Below, piece after piece: positions 1 to 8,885 of a stretch of DNA of 64,000 bases. The DNA is from an uncultured Chloroflexia bacterium (GTDB lineage: Bacteria; Chloroflexota; Limnocylindria; Limnocylindrales; CSP1-4): positions 13,804-77,803 of the forward strand of contig CAWHIA010000018.1 in NCBI GenBank assembly GCA_963829155.1. Direction: 5' to 3'. The notes under the pieces were generated by a model. The model saw only the letters and a program-made list of their open reading frames with translations. It was not told the origin of the DNA and ran no database searches. How positions within the stretch are numbered: the first letter of the stretch is position 1; each line of letters opens with the position of its first letter. Made by a program: the position numbers and the translations under genes.

Positions 1-1030
1 GGGTGATGTCGGCGCGCCACTGCGGCACCCGGGGATGGTTCGGCGAGCCGGTGAACCGGATGTTGACGGTGACCTGGAGCCGATCGGGCAGCAGTCGCCA
101 CGTGAACGCCGCGGGACCGCCCGTGATCGTGCCTTCCGCGCGCTGCTCCCAGTCGAACTGCTCCCGGCCGACATCGACGGGGCCTGACACCGCATCGAGG
201 GCCGTCCAGGTCAGCGGACCCACGACGCCGTCGTCGCCGAGGGGCGGCGTCCTGGAGCGCTGGAACTCCCTGACCGCCTGGCGGGTCTGGCCGCCGAACT
301 TGCCGTCCACCTCGAGCAGGGTCGCGACCTGGTCCGGCGGCACCGTGTTGAGCTTCTGCTGCAGCTCCTCGACCGCCGGGCCCGTGGAGTTGCGGCGGAT
401 CGTCGGATGGATCGTGCCGCCCAGCGGCGCGCCCCGCGGCTCGCCCTCGGCCGGGCCCTCCACGACGCTCCGGCCCTGGCGCGACACCCGCGGCGCGAGC
501 TCGTCGATCTTGGCCCACGTCTCGAGGCCGCAGACCCCGTCGGCCACGAGCGGCGGGTTGGAGGCCTGGAACGAGATCACCGCCGCCGCGGTCATGAGGT
601 CGAACACCGCCGTGATCCGCAGCGGCGGCGTCGCCGCCCCGAGCGCGTTCAGCGCCTGCTGCAGCTGGCCGACCTCCACGCTGGGGCCGTCGCCCTGCCG
701 CAGCACGGTGTGCGTCGGCGCAGCGGGCGCGGCCGGGGCCGCCCCTCCGGGCGCGGCCGGCGCGGCCCCCGGCGCGTCGTCCCGCTGGAGCAGGACCGGC
801 GCGCGCCTGCTGAACAGCGACCCGACGGCGGCGTTGCCGGCGCTCCGCTGGAGCGCCATGACGACCATCGACGACGCGGCGTGCATGGGCAGGCGCCGCG
901 GACCGGCGCCGATCACGGCCAGCTCGGGCGACTCGCCCGGCGCCGCGGCCCGGTCCGTGGCGGCGACCGGGCCGTCCGGCTGTCGCTCCCCGCCCTGGTC
1001 GTTGCTGCGCTGCGTTGCCGTCCCCGCCAT
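1..1030 (-). CDS. Putative CIS cargo/effector, N-terminal part only (gene runs off the left edge): LQRSAGNAAV leader plus two peptidoglycan-binding (PG_binding_1-like) repeats
   Basis: I translated the minus strand from the ATG at 1030-1028. The ORF is absent from the track because it has no stop inside the window. It reads MAGTATQRSN...VVMALQRSAGNAAVGSLF...PVLLQRDD. Two repeats follow: LRQGDGPSVEVGQLQQALNALG...AAAVISFQ, and IRRNSTGPAVEELQQKLN...VDGKFGGQTRQAVREFQRS...GVVGPLTWTAL. Both fit the PG-binding helical repeat. The start lies 5 nt downstream of the DUF4157 gene stop. The third codon position is GC-rich. Confidence 0.7.
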   Translation of the reverse strand, partial: MAGTATQRSNDQGGERQPDGPVAATDRAAAPGESPELAVIGAGPRRLPMHAASSMVVMALQRSAGNAAVGSLFSRRAPVLLQRDDAPGAAPAAPGGAAPAAPAAPTHTVLRQGDGPSVEVGQLQQALNALGAATPPLRITAVFDLMTAAAVISFQASNPPLVADGVCGLETWAKIDELAPRVSRQGRSVVEGPAEGEPRGAPLGGTIHPTIRRNSTGPAVEELQQKLNTVPPDQVATLLEVDGKFGGQTRQAVREFQRSRTPPLGDDGVVGPLTWTALDAVSGPVDVGREQFDWEQRAEGTITGGPAAFTWRLLPDRLQVTVNIRFTGSPNHPRVPQWRADIT

Positions 1031-1034
1031 GCGA

Positions 1035-1742
1035 TCAGGTCCCCGGGACTTCTTCTTCCTCTTCGGGCGTGGCCTCGCGCTGGACGGCGGCCACCGACGC
1101 CGTATCGTCCTCCTCGCGCTGCACCGCCGCGCCGGCGTCCGACGCCGACGGCTGGGCCGAGGAGACGGCCGACATCACCTGGTCGGCGGTCGCGTCCGCG
1201 GCGCGCTCGAACCGGTCGGACGGGTCGCTGACCCGGATGCCGCCCGGCGCGTCCGAGCCGTCCACCGGCCCGCGGGACTGCTGGACGACGTGGCTCAGCT
1301 CGTGCGCGATCGTCCGCTGACCGACCGACGACGCCGGGTCGTACTGGCCGGACTTGAACACGACGTCGGAGCCGACGGTGTAGGCGTTCGCCCCGACAGA
1401 CTCGGCCGACTTCGACGCCCGGTCGTCGGTGTGGACCCGGACGCCTTCGAACGACTGCCCGAAGGCCGACTCCATCGACGTCCGGGTGCCCTCGTCGAGG
1501 GGCGATCCCCCGCCCGACCCGACCACGTCGTGCACCGGCGACGCCTGCTCCTCCTCGCCGGCCAGCATCTGCACCACGCCCGCGTTACCGGCGGTGCGCT
1601 GGAGGTGCATGAGGGTCGCGGCGTCGAGCGCCGGCGAACGGCCGGGGGCGACCGGAGCCTGCTCCCCGGCGGCCGGCACGTGGCCGTCGCGATCGGGCGA
1701 TCGCAGCGCGGCGTGGGACGCGTCCAACTCGAAATCGCGCAT
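1035..1742 (-). CDS. DUF4157-type zincin-like protein (eCIS-associated family)
   Basis: I chose the ATG at 1742 inside ORF 1035..2204 because an AGGAGG lies just upstream on the minus strand. The protein has the leader LMHLQRTAGNAGVV (1575-1604). The DUF4157-like core reads SMESAFGQSFEGVRVHTD...ANAYTVGSDVVF...RTIAHELSHVVQQ, with HELSH at 1290-1304. The tail is acidic and carries two AAVQRE motifs. Confidence 0.85.
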   Translation of the reverse strand: MRDFELDASHAALRSPDRDGHVPAAGEQAPVAPGRSPALDAATLMHLQRTAGNAGVVQMLAGEEEQASPVHDVVGSGGGSPLDEGTRTSMESAFGQSFEGVRVHTDDRASKSAESVGANAYTVGSDVVFKSGQYDPASSVGQRTIAHELSHVVQQSRGPVDGSDAPGGIRVSDPSDRFERAADATADQVMSAVSSAQPSASDAGAAVQREEDDTASVAAVQREATPEEEEEVPGT

Positions 1743-1872
1743 GGCGGTCCTCCTGTTCCACGTGTCAGGATCGGCCACGGCGTCGGCCTCCGCAATGGGC
1801 TCGGACACGACCGCCCGGAAGTCTGCCCCAATGGGCACCGCTGCCGGAGGCGCCCTCGCTAGCATCGGCCGC

Positions 1873-3531
1873 ATGCGAACCCGCGCGGTGCCCGTCCCGG
1901 GGCACCAGGCCGCCGCCGGGCCTGCCGTCGCAGGCCCTCGCCCCGCGCCGGCCGCAGCCCCCGGGACCTCGTCCCTCTCGGCCACGTCGCCCCCCATCGA
2001 GTCCGCGGTCCTCGCCCCGGACGGGCTCGTCGACCTCCAGGCGACCGCCGGCAACCGCGCGACGGTCGAGGCGCTGCAGCGCTCGCCGGCCGCGGGCGCG
2101 GGGCCCGCCCGGCCCACGCCGATCATCGTGCAGCGCGCCGTGTCGGCGGAGCAGGCGACGACCATCGCCCGGCGGCTAGAGGACGCGATGAAGGGCTGGG
2201 GCACCGACGAGGAGGCGATCTACGGAGCGCTCGCCGGCCGGACGGCCGCGGACATGGATGAGATCCGCAAGGCCTACAAGTCCTCCTACAACAAGAACCT
2301 CGACGCGGAGCTGCGCGACGAGCTCAACGACTCGGAGCTGGCCCGGGTCAGCCAGTCGATGGCGCCGACCGCCGACGAATCCAAGCTCACCGAGGCCGAG
2401 CGACTGTCGGCGGCGACGGACCGCGCGAAGGCGGCCGCCGCGCACCTCAAGGAGGCGATGGCCGGCTGGGGGACGGAGGAGGACGAGATCTTCAACGTCC
2501 TCGAGGGTCGCGAGCCCGAGGAGATCCTCGCGATCCAGCGCGAGTACCTCGCTCTCACCGGCAACCACCTGGACCGGGACCTGCAGGACGAGCTGAGCGG
2601 CTCCGACCTGCGGAAGGCGCTCGCGCTGCTCCAGGTGCAGGCCGCGGGCACGTTCACGAACGAGATCGACCAGCACATGACCGAGGGCGAGACGACCACG
2701 GTCCAGGGCCGGTTCGAGTACGTCCTCCAGCAGCGCGAGCTGACGGTCCGCGTGCCGGTGGACTTCAAGCCGGACGCCGGCGTAACCGCGCCGATCGCGA
2801 CCTGGCAGTCGCAGATCGACACGGTCTGGAACCAGTTCGCGGCCGTGGAGAGCGGCGGCCTCAAGGTCCCGATCCGGTTCGGGATCGAGAACCGGGCGGG
2901 CGCCGACAAGTCGATCCGTGTGAAGGACAACAAGGTGCCGGGGACGCAGTCGGTCGAAGACCGGGCGAACGCGGGGATGTGGTTCCCGCTGATGGACGCC
3001 ACCACCGCGCCGCACGAGTTCGGGCACCTCGTCGGCCTCCAGGACGAGTACCAGCGCACGCACGGCGACTACAAGAAGATCACCGGCGAGGACAAGACAG
3101 GCCCCGCCAATGCCTCGGGCAAGACCGCCGCGGAGATCGCGGTCGACCTCCACGCGGCGCTCTACCTCGCCGACGCGACCCAGCGGGCCCCGACGGCCAC
3201 GACGCTGCTGACGACCGTCGGCCTGATCGTCGGCGGGGTCCCGCAGCAGGGCGACTTCGCGCAGGAGGTCCAGAAGGCGTACGACGACAAGTACTCGGGC
3301 TGGTTCAGCAAGTCGCTCGTCCAGGCGATGCGCGACAAGATCCCCGAGGGGAGCAAGTGGACGATCCAGTCGGTGTTCTCGTACGCCAGCCGGAGCATCA
3401 TGGGCAACCCGGAGATCCTGGGCGCCCCGGACCCGCACGACCACGCGGTCGAGCCACGCCACCTCGAGGAGTTCGTGCGCATCGTCCGTCGCGCCTACCC
3501 GGATCTCACCTGGACGGCCGGGTCGCGATGA
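1873..3531 (+). CDS. Putative CIS effector: N-terminal leader, two annexin-type repeats and a HEXXH zinc metallopeptidase domain
   Basis: The ATG at 1873 lies within ORF 1429..3531 and is divergent from the DUF4157 gene. The leader is LVDLQATAGNRATVEALQRS (2035-2067). Two annexin-like repeats span ~2155-2631: ARRLEDAMKGWGTDEEAIYGAL..IRKAYKSSYNKNLDAELRDEL and AAHLKEAMAGWGTEEDEIFNVL..IQREYLALTGNHLDRDLQDELSG. The C-terminal part carries APHEFGHLVGLQDEY, with HEFGH at 3013-3027. Confidence 0.8.
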   Translation: MRTRAVPVPGHQAAAGPAVAGPRPAPAAAPGTSSLSATSPPIESAVLAPDGLVDLQATAGNRATVEALQRSPAAGAGPARPTPIIVQRAVSAEQATTIARRLEDAMKGWGTDEEAIYGALAGRTAADMDEIRKAYKSSYNKNLDAELRDELNDSELARVSQSMAPTADESKLTEAERLSAATDRAKAAAAHLKEAMAGWGTEEDEIFNVLEGREPEEILAIQREYLALTGNHLDRDLQDELSGSDLRKALALLQVQAAGTFTNEIDQHMTEGETTTVQGRFEYVLQQRELTVRVPVDFKPDAGVTAPIATWQSQIDTVWNQFAAVESGGLKVPIRFGIENRAGADKSIRVKDNKVPGTQSVEDRANAGMWFPLMDATTAPHEFGHLVGLQDEYQRTHGDYKKITGEDKTGPANASGKTAAEIAVDLHAALYLADATQRAPTATTLLTTVGLIVGGVPQQGDFAQEVQKAYDDKYSGWFSKSLVQAMRDKIPEGSKWTIQSVFSYASRSIMGNPEILGAPDPHDHAVEPRHLEEFVRIVRRAYPDLTWTAGSR

Positions 3532-4211
3532 CTCTCGTCACGTGGCGGCGCCTGTCGTCGATGCCGCCGCCGGAGCGCGAGATCCTCGAGGTTGAGCCGG
3601 ACGGGTCGTTCCGGCTGTGGCGATCGATCGCGCCGGTCGTCGGGCGGTTCGGCGGGTCGCTCCCGGACGACGCAGCCGCGGATCTCCGCACGCTCGTGGA
3701 GGCCGTCGGGTCGTCGTCGGCGCCGCGCCCGGGCAAGGTGCCTCCCGACGCGAGCGTCGAGCAGCTCGAGATCGCCGGGACGCTGTCCGTGTTCGAGGCC
3801 GATGGGGACGTGGCCGCCCCCTGGGGGGACCTGCTCGCCGCGTGCCGCCGCCTCGCCGATGGGCTCGTGGACCGGCCGCTGGCGGCGATCGCGCTCGAGG
3901 TCGACCTCGCGGACGGTGGTGCGCAGATCCGCCTCGTCCATCGGGGCTCGGGCTCGCTGCCCGTCGAGCTGGCCGCGGCCCGCCTCAAGGTCGCGGTCTG
4001 GCGAGCCATGATCAACGCCGCTAACGCGACGGCGCCGGCCCTCGACCTCGGGCGGGTGGACGCAGGCCCCGGCTGGTCGACGGAGACCGCCGTCGATCTA
4101 CCGGCCCTCGAGCCGGGCGACAAGGTCACGGCCGACGCGCGGTTCATCGCGGACGACGGCGGGGTGTTCATCCCGGTCGCGATGTCGACGACGATCGTCG
4201 TCCCGGGTTGA
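3528..4211 (+). CDS. Hypothetical protein translationally coupled to the annexin-metalloprotease gene (candidate immunity/inhibitor or chaperone)
   Basis: The ATG at 3528 overlaps the upstream stop (ATGA). The product is 227 aa, MTLVTWRRLSSMPPPEREILEVEPDGSF... The third codon position is GC-rich. I recognised no motif. Confidence 0.6.
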   Translation: MTLVTWRRLSSMPPPEREILEVEPDGSFRLWRSIAPVVGRFGGSLPDDAAADLRTLVEAVGSSSAPRPGKVPPDASVEQLEIAGTLSVFEADGDVAAPWGDLLAACRRLADGLVDRPLAAIALEVDLADGGAQIRLVHRGSGSLPVELAAARLKVAVWRAMINAANATAPALDLGRVDAGPGWSTETAVDLPALEPGDKVTADARFIADDGGVFIPVAMSTTIVVPG

Positions 4212-4227
4212 GCCGCGGGATCGCGGC
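4212..4227. terminator. Possible bidirectional hairpin between convergent genes
   Basis: GCCGCG-GGAT-CGCGGC is a perfect 6-bp GC stem with a 4-nt loop. It fills the 19-bp gap between the stops at 4211 (+) and 4231 (-). There is no U-tract. Confidence 0.3.
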
Positions 4228-4230
4228 CGG

Positions 4231-6372
4231 CTAGCCGTTCACCAGGTCGTAGTACTCGCCGAACTCGGCCTCCACCGTCAGTCGCCCGAGCTTGCGGTAC
4301 TCGCGTTCCGTGGCGCGCACGAGGTCGGGCATCGCGACCGGGCGGTCCTCCGCCGCGGCGAGGTACGCGGCCGTCACGCACACGTTCCGGATATTGCCGC
4401 CCGAGATCTTGAACCGGCGGGCGAGGAAGTCGAGGTCGATGTCGTCGGCGACCGGCAGGTCCGGCGCGAGGTTCGCCGCCCACAGCCGGCGACGATGCTC
4501 CTCCTCGGGCATCGGGAAGTCGATGATCGCGTCCAGGCGCCGCACGAAGGCCTCGTCGACGTTCGAGCGCAGGTTGGTCGTCAGGACGGCCAGCCCGTCG
4601 AAGCGCTCCATGCGCTGGAGCAGGTAGGCGACCTCGACGTTGGCGTACCGGTCGCGAGCGTCCTTGACCTCGGACCGCTTGCCGAACAGCGCGTCCGCCT
4701 CGTCGAACAGCAGGATCCCGTTGACCCGGTCGGCCTCCGTGAAGATCCGGTCCAGGTTCTTCTCGGTCTCGCCGATGTACTTGTCGACGACCGTGGACAG
4801 GTCGATCACGTAGACGTCGAGCGCGAGGTCGTGGCCGACGACCTCCGCCGACATCGTCTTGCCGGTCCCCGAGTCGCCGGCGAACAGCGCGGTGACGCCG
4901 ACGCCGCGTGCGCCCTTGGTGCCCATGTGCCACTCGCCGATGACCCGGTCGCGGTGGCGAGCCCGGGCCGTGAGCTCGCGCAGCTGGGCCTCGACCACCG
5001 AGGGGAGCACGAGGTCGTCCCAGCCCACGGTCGGCTCGATCCGGCGCGCGAGCCGCTCGAGACCCGCGGCGTTCTGGGCCCGCGCGCCGCCCGCGACGTC
5101 CGTGATCGTCATCGGACGGTTCTCGGCGGTCGCCGCGTGGCGGGCGGCCCGCGCGGCCCGGTCGATCTGCTCGGGGGTGAGGCGGAACGCGATCGTGGCG
5201 GCGGCCGGGTCGAAGCCCGCCGGCGCGTCCCCGTTGAGCGAGTCGACCCACAGCTGGTGCCGCCGGACGATCGAGGGCACGGGCGCGTCCACGATGAGCG
5301 GCGGCTCGCGCGACCAGGCCGGGTCCCAGTCGCGGCCGCCGACGAGGATCACCGGCCCCGGCTGCTCCGCGAACGCGCGGACCGCGGCCGCGCCGCGCTC
5401 GACCAGCGGCTCCACCGGGCCGACCACCAGGCCGGCGCCGCGCAGCCTCGCCTCGCGCGACGCCGCGGCAGCGAGCAGCACCGGGTCGTCGCCCGCCGAC
5501 AGGCGCCCGAGGTCGAGCGCGATGGCCGGCCGGCCGAGCCGAGCCATCGCCGTCCAGCCGAGCGACCGCCCGGACGCCCCCGGACGCTCGCGCACGTAGA
5601 CCAGCGACTGCCCGGCGGCCAGCCCGCGCGCGACCACCTCGACCTCGTCGACGTCCACCGGGACCGACGAGGCCAGCAGCGCCTCGATGGCGGGGTCGGG
5701 GCTGTCGTCGCCCAGCAGGTGGGCCGCCACCCGGTCGGGCACCCGGAGCGGCCGGGTCAGCGAGGGGCGGTCGACGTCCTCCACCAGGAGCAGGCGTCCG
5801 GCGACCAGCGGCGCGAGCGGGCCGAGCCGTTCGCGGAGCGGCGCGCCGGCGGTGGACGCCGTCACGCCACCGGGTCCCGTCGTCGCCCCGCACAGCTCGA
5901 TCGCCAGCCCGACGCTCGCCCGGCGCCGCGAGACGTCGTCGTGGAGGTAGCCGTAGAGCCGCTCGAACCGGGGGTCGAGGTCGGGGGCGAGCGCGACCAG
6001 CAGCAGGTCGACGTCCACGGGCTCGAGACCGAAGGCCCGCGCGAGGCCCCGCAGGCGGACGTCGCTCCCCGCCCGCTCGGCCTCGTCCGCGCGCGTCTCG
6101 AGCGCATCACGCAGGTGCGCGACCGCCTCATCGGCCTCCGGGGGCACGAGCGGGCCGCCGGGCCGGTCGAGCAGCCCGTCCACCTGCTCGTCGGAGATGT
6201 ACAGGCCGCGGAACCGATCGCCGGGGTCGGCGTCGACGGCGCGCCGCCGGTCCACGGCCGCGCGCACGCGCTGCTCGATCAGCGACAGCCGGCCCAGGAG
6301 GTACAGGAGGGACGGGTCCGACGGGCCGAGCGCGTGCTCCGCGTCCGCGCCGGGCGGAGCGGCGCCCGTCAT
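4231..6372 (-). CDS. CIS-associated AAA+ ATPase (Afp15/Pvc15-like)
   Basis: The ORF is an intact 713 aa. The C-terminal AAA+ module has Walker A GDSGTGKTM, Walker B ILLFDEADALFG, and then YANVEVAYLLQRME...TTNLRSNVDEAFVRR. A long N-terminal non-ATPase region precedes it. The gene is adjacent to the DUF4255 gene, as in other CIS loci. Confidence 0.9.
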   Translation of the reverse strand: MTGAAPPGADAEHALGPSDPSLLYLLGRLSLIEQRVRAAVDRRRAVDADPGDRFRGLYISDEQVDGLLDRPGGPLVPPEADEAVAHLRDALETRADEAERAGSDVRLRGLARAFGLEPVDVDLLLVALAPDLDPRFERLYGYLHDDVSRRRASVGLAIELCGATTGPGGVTASTAGAPLRERLGPLAPLVAGRLLLVEDVDRPSLTRPLRVPDRVAAHLLGDDSPDPAIEALLASSVPVDVDEVEVVARGLAAGQSLVYVRERPGASGRSLGWTAMARLGRPAIALDLGRLSAGDDPVLLAAAASREARLRGAGLVVGPVEPLVERGAAAVRAFAEQPGPVILVGGRDWDPAWSREPPLIVDAPVPSIVRRHQLWVDSLNGDAPAGFDPAAATIAFRLTPEQIDRAARAARHAATAENRPMTITDVAGGARAQNAAGLERLARRIEPTVGWDDLVLPSVVEAQLRELTARARHRDRVIGEWHMGTKGARGVGVTALFAGDSGTGKTMSAEVVGHDLALDVYVIDLSTVVDKYIGETEKNLDRIFTEADRVNGILLFDEADALFGKRSEVKDARDRYANVEVAYLLQRMERFDGLAVLTTNLRSNVDEAFVRRLDAIIDFPMPEEEHRRRLWAANLAPDLPVADDIDLDFLARRFKISGGNIRNVCVTAAYLAAAEDRPVAMPDLVRATEREYRKLGRLTVEAEFGEYYDLVNG

Positions 6373-6426
6373 CCCGGGTCCATCGCCGGGCTCAACGCCA
6401 GGCTCGCAGCCATGTCCTCGACCGGC

Positions 6427-7206
6427 TCACCGGCGGGGCGGACGACGGACGCCGCTCACGCGGATGCGCACGCCCCCGTCCTTGGCGCCCGCGTTGGCCG
6501 GCAGCAGCTCGGTCGTCGAGGCGTCGAGCTCGATCGCCGGTCCCGCGGCGCCACCCGGGCTCTTGCGGGACTCGCTGGCGCCGCCGGTGGACGAGATCCC
6601 GATCGACGGCCCCTCCTGGACCGGCGGCCCGATGTAGGCGCTGGAGTCGACGACGATCGGCGCCGTGACGACGAGGTCGAGCGAGGGCTTGAGCTCGCCG
6701 CCCAGCGCCGACCAGATGTCCGCGAGGGACCGCTCCTGGCTGGCCGGCTGGCCGACCTCGATGTACACGGGCAGGTCGGCCTCGTTGAGCGGGGCATCGA
6801 GGTCTTCGGCCTTGATGAACGGGTTGCGGAGGAAGCAGGCGAGCAGCGACGACAGCAGCCGGTGCTCGTCCTCGGGACGCTGCGTCCACGCCGTCACCAG
6901 GTAGGCGAGCCGGAACCGCCGCGGGGGCTGGTGGCGCCGGGTCACGGTCCCGTTGGCATCCCGGACGTCCTCCCAGGCGGGCACGCGCCGCTGGAGGTCC
7001 TCGCGGATGTCGTACAGGTACAGGTCGACCGCGGGCCCGCTCCGCCTGGCGACCCAGTCCTTCGTGGGCGCCTCGAACACGAGGTCGACGGACGACCCGT
7101 TGAGCGCGTCGCGCTTGACCAGCTTCTCGAGCAGCTGATCGACGTCGTGGATCACCCGCCGATCGTCGGCCCGCGCGGCGTCCCACGCCAGCCGGTCGCG
7201 GGGCAT
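6427..7206 (-). CDS. DUF4255 protein (Afp16/Pvc16-like tail terminator/cap)
   Basis: ORF 6427..7338 reads ...VIHDVDQLLEKLVKR...VDLVFEAPTKDWV...VDLYLYDIRED...FRLAYLVTAWT..EDEHRLLS, which is typical of DUF4255. The start is uncertain: the ATG at 7206 or the GTG at 7155 (VIHDVDQLL). The gene is divergent from the sheath operon. Confidence 0.8.
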   Translation of the reverse strand: MPRDRLAWDAARADDRRVIHDVDQLLEKLVKRDALNGSSVDLVFEAPTKDWVARRSGPAVDLYLYDIREDLQRRVPAWEDVRDANGTVTRRHQPPRRFRLAYLVTAWTQRPEDEHRLLSSLLACFLRNPFIKAEDLDAPLNEADLPVYIEVGQPASQERSLADIWSALGGELKPSLDLVVTAPIVVDSSAYIGPPVQEGPSIGISSTGGASESRKSPGGAAGPAIELDASTTELLPANAGAKDGGVRIRVSGVRRPPRR

Positions 7207-7340
7207 CCGTCCGGGCAGCCCTCGTCGCCCCTTCGGGCAATGGTGCCCGCCCTCCCGCGCGCCCTGTCGGGCCTTGTCCGACCCCGTCGCGGGTGGGACG
7301 GTCAGCGGGCTGGGATCCATGCATCCGGAAAGGGACACGT

Positions 7341-8843
7341 ATGCCGAACTATCTGTCGCCCGGCGTGTACGTCGAGGAGGTGGAGGCCGGGTCCCGTCCG
7401 ATCGAGGGCGTGGGCACCGCAGTCGCCGCCTTCGTCGGGCTCGCCGGCCGCGGGCCTGCGAACACGCCGACGCTCGTCACCAACTGGAACCAGTTCACCT
7501 CCACGTTCGGTGACTTCATCGAGGGCTCGTACCTCGCCCACGCCGTCTACGGCTACTTCCTGAACGGCGGCGGCGCCGCGTACGTCGTGCGCGTGGGCGC
7601 CGACGGCGTCGTGCCCACCGCCACCGCCGAGGTGCCGAGCTCGACCGACAAGGCCAAGCCGGCGTTCCAGGTCGCGGCCCTCGAGGCCGGCCCGGAAGGC
7701 AACGACATCAGCGTCGACGTCCAGCCGGCGGCCGACGAGGGCTCGTTCAAGCTCGTCGTCAAGCGCGGCGGCCGGGAGGTCGAGTCGTTCGACAACCTGA
7801 CGACCGCGAAGGGCAAGCAGAACGTCGCCACGGTCGTCAAGGCGCAGTCGAAGACGATCACGATCGAAGAGGCGGGCGCGCTCGCTCCCGCCGCGGGCAC
7901 GACCTCGCTCGCCGGCGGCTCGGCCGCGGTCCCCTCGCGCGTGACGCCCGACGACTACGTCGGCAACTCGGCCGACCGGACCGGCTTCGCCGGCCTCGAG
8001 GCGGTGGACGAGGTCACGATGCTGGCCGTCCCCGACCTGATGGCGGTCTACGAGCAGGGGATGATCGACCTGGAGGGCCTGCAGGCCGTCCATCTCGCGA
8101 TGATCGCCCACTGCGAGCTCATGGGCGACCGCGTCGCCATCCTCGACGCGCCGCCAGGGCTCAACGCGCAGCAGATCAAGGAGTGGCGGGTCGACAAGGC
8201 CGGCTACGACAGCAAGTACGCGACCCTCTACTGGCCCTGGATCAAGGTCTTCGACCCACTGTCCGGCCAGGCCAAGTTCGTGCCGCCGTCCGGCCACGTG
8301 GGCGGGATCTGGGCGCGCAACGACGACACCCGCGGCGTCCACAAGGCGCCGGCCAACGAGGTCGTCCGCGGCGCGATCAGCCTCGCGCTCAACCTGACCA
8401 AGGCCGAGCACGACCAGCTCAACCCCAACGGGATCAACTGCATCCGGGCGTTCCCCGGCCGCGGCATCCGGGTGTGGGGCGCACGGACGATCTCGAGCGA
8501 CCCGTCGTGGCGCTACCTGAACGTCCGGCGGCTGTTCAACTACATCGAGGAGTCGATCTTCGAGGGCACCCAGTGGGTGGTCTTCGAGCCCAACGACCAG
8601 CGCCTGTGGGGCCGCGTGAAGCGGACCATCAACGCGTTCCTCCTGCGGGTCTGGCGCGACGGCGCGCTGTTCGGCGCGACGCCCGACCAGGCGTTCTTCG
8701 TCAAGTGCGACGAGGAGAACAACCCGCCCGAGGTCCGCGACGCGGGGCAGCTGATCATCGACATCGGCATCGCCCCCGTGAAGCCGGCCGAGTTCGTGGT
8801 GTTCCGCATCGCCCAGTTCTCGGGCTCGCCGGACGCCGAGTAG
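7341..8843 (+). CDS. Contractile tail sheath protein
   Basis: The ATG at 7341 gives MPNYLSPGVYVEEVEAGSRPIEGVGTAVAAFVG..., the canonical phage/CIS sheath N-terminus. The C-terminus reads ...GINCIRAFPGRGIRVWGARTIS...WRYLNVRRLFNYIEESI. The product is 500 aa. Confidence 0.95.
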   Translation: MPNYLSPGVYVEEVEAGSRPIEGVGTAVAAFVGLAGRGPANTPTLVTNWNQFTSTFGDFIEGSYLAHAVYGYFLNGGGAAYVVRVGADGVVPTATAEVPSSTDKAKPAFQVAALEAGPEGNDISVDVQPAADEGSFKLVVKRGGREVESFDNLTTAKGKQNVATVVKAQSKTITIEEAGALAPAAGTTSLAGGSAAVPSRVTPDDYVGNSADRTGFAGLEAVDEVTMLAVPDLMAVYEQGMIDLEGLQAVHLAMIAHCELMGDRVAILDAPPGLNAQQIKEWRVDKAGYDSKYATLYWPWIKVFDPLSGQAKFVPPSGHVGGIWARNDDTRGVHKAPANEVVRGAISLALNLTKAEHDQLNPNGINCIRAFPGRGIRVWGARTISSDPSWRYLNVRRLFNYIEESIFEGTQWVVFEPNDQRLWGRVKRTINAFLLRVWRDGALFGATPDQAFFVKCDEENNPPEVRDAGQLIIDIGIAPVKPAEFVVFRIAQFSGSPDAE

Positions 8844-8885
8844 CCGTCGACATGACCACACCCATGGAAGGCCACGGAGGCACCT

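Noticed and set aside
3-1862. A 619-aa plus-strand ORF covering the left end (also 407..1231 and 1015..1320).
   Set aside because: The translation is Arg/Pro/Ser/Gly-rich junk, typical of an off-frame or antisense read in very GC-rich DNA. The minus strand gives clean, motif-bearing proteins here (PG-binding repeats, DUF4157).
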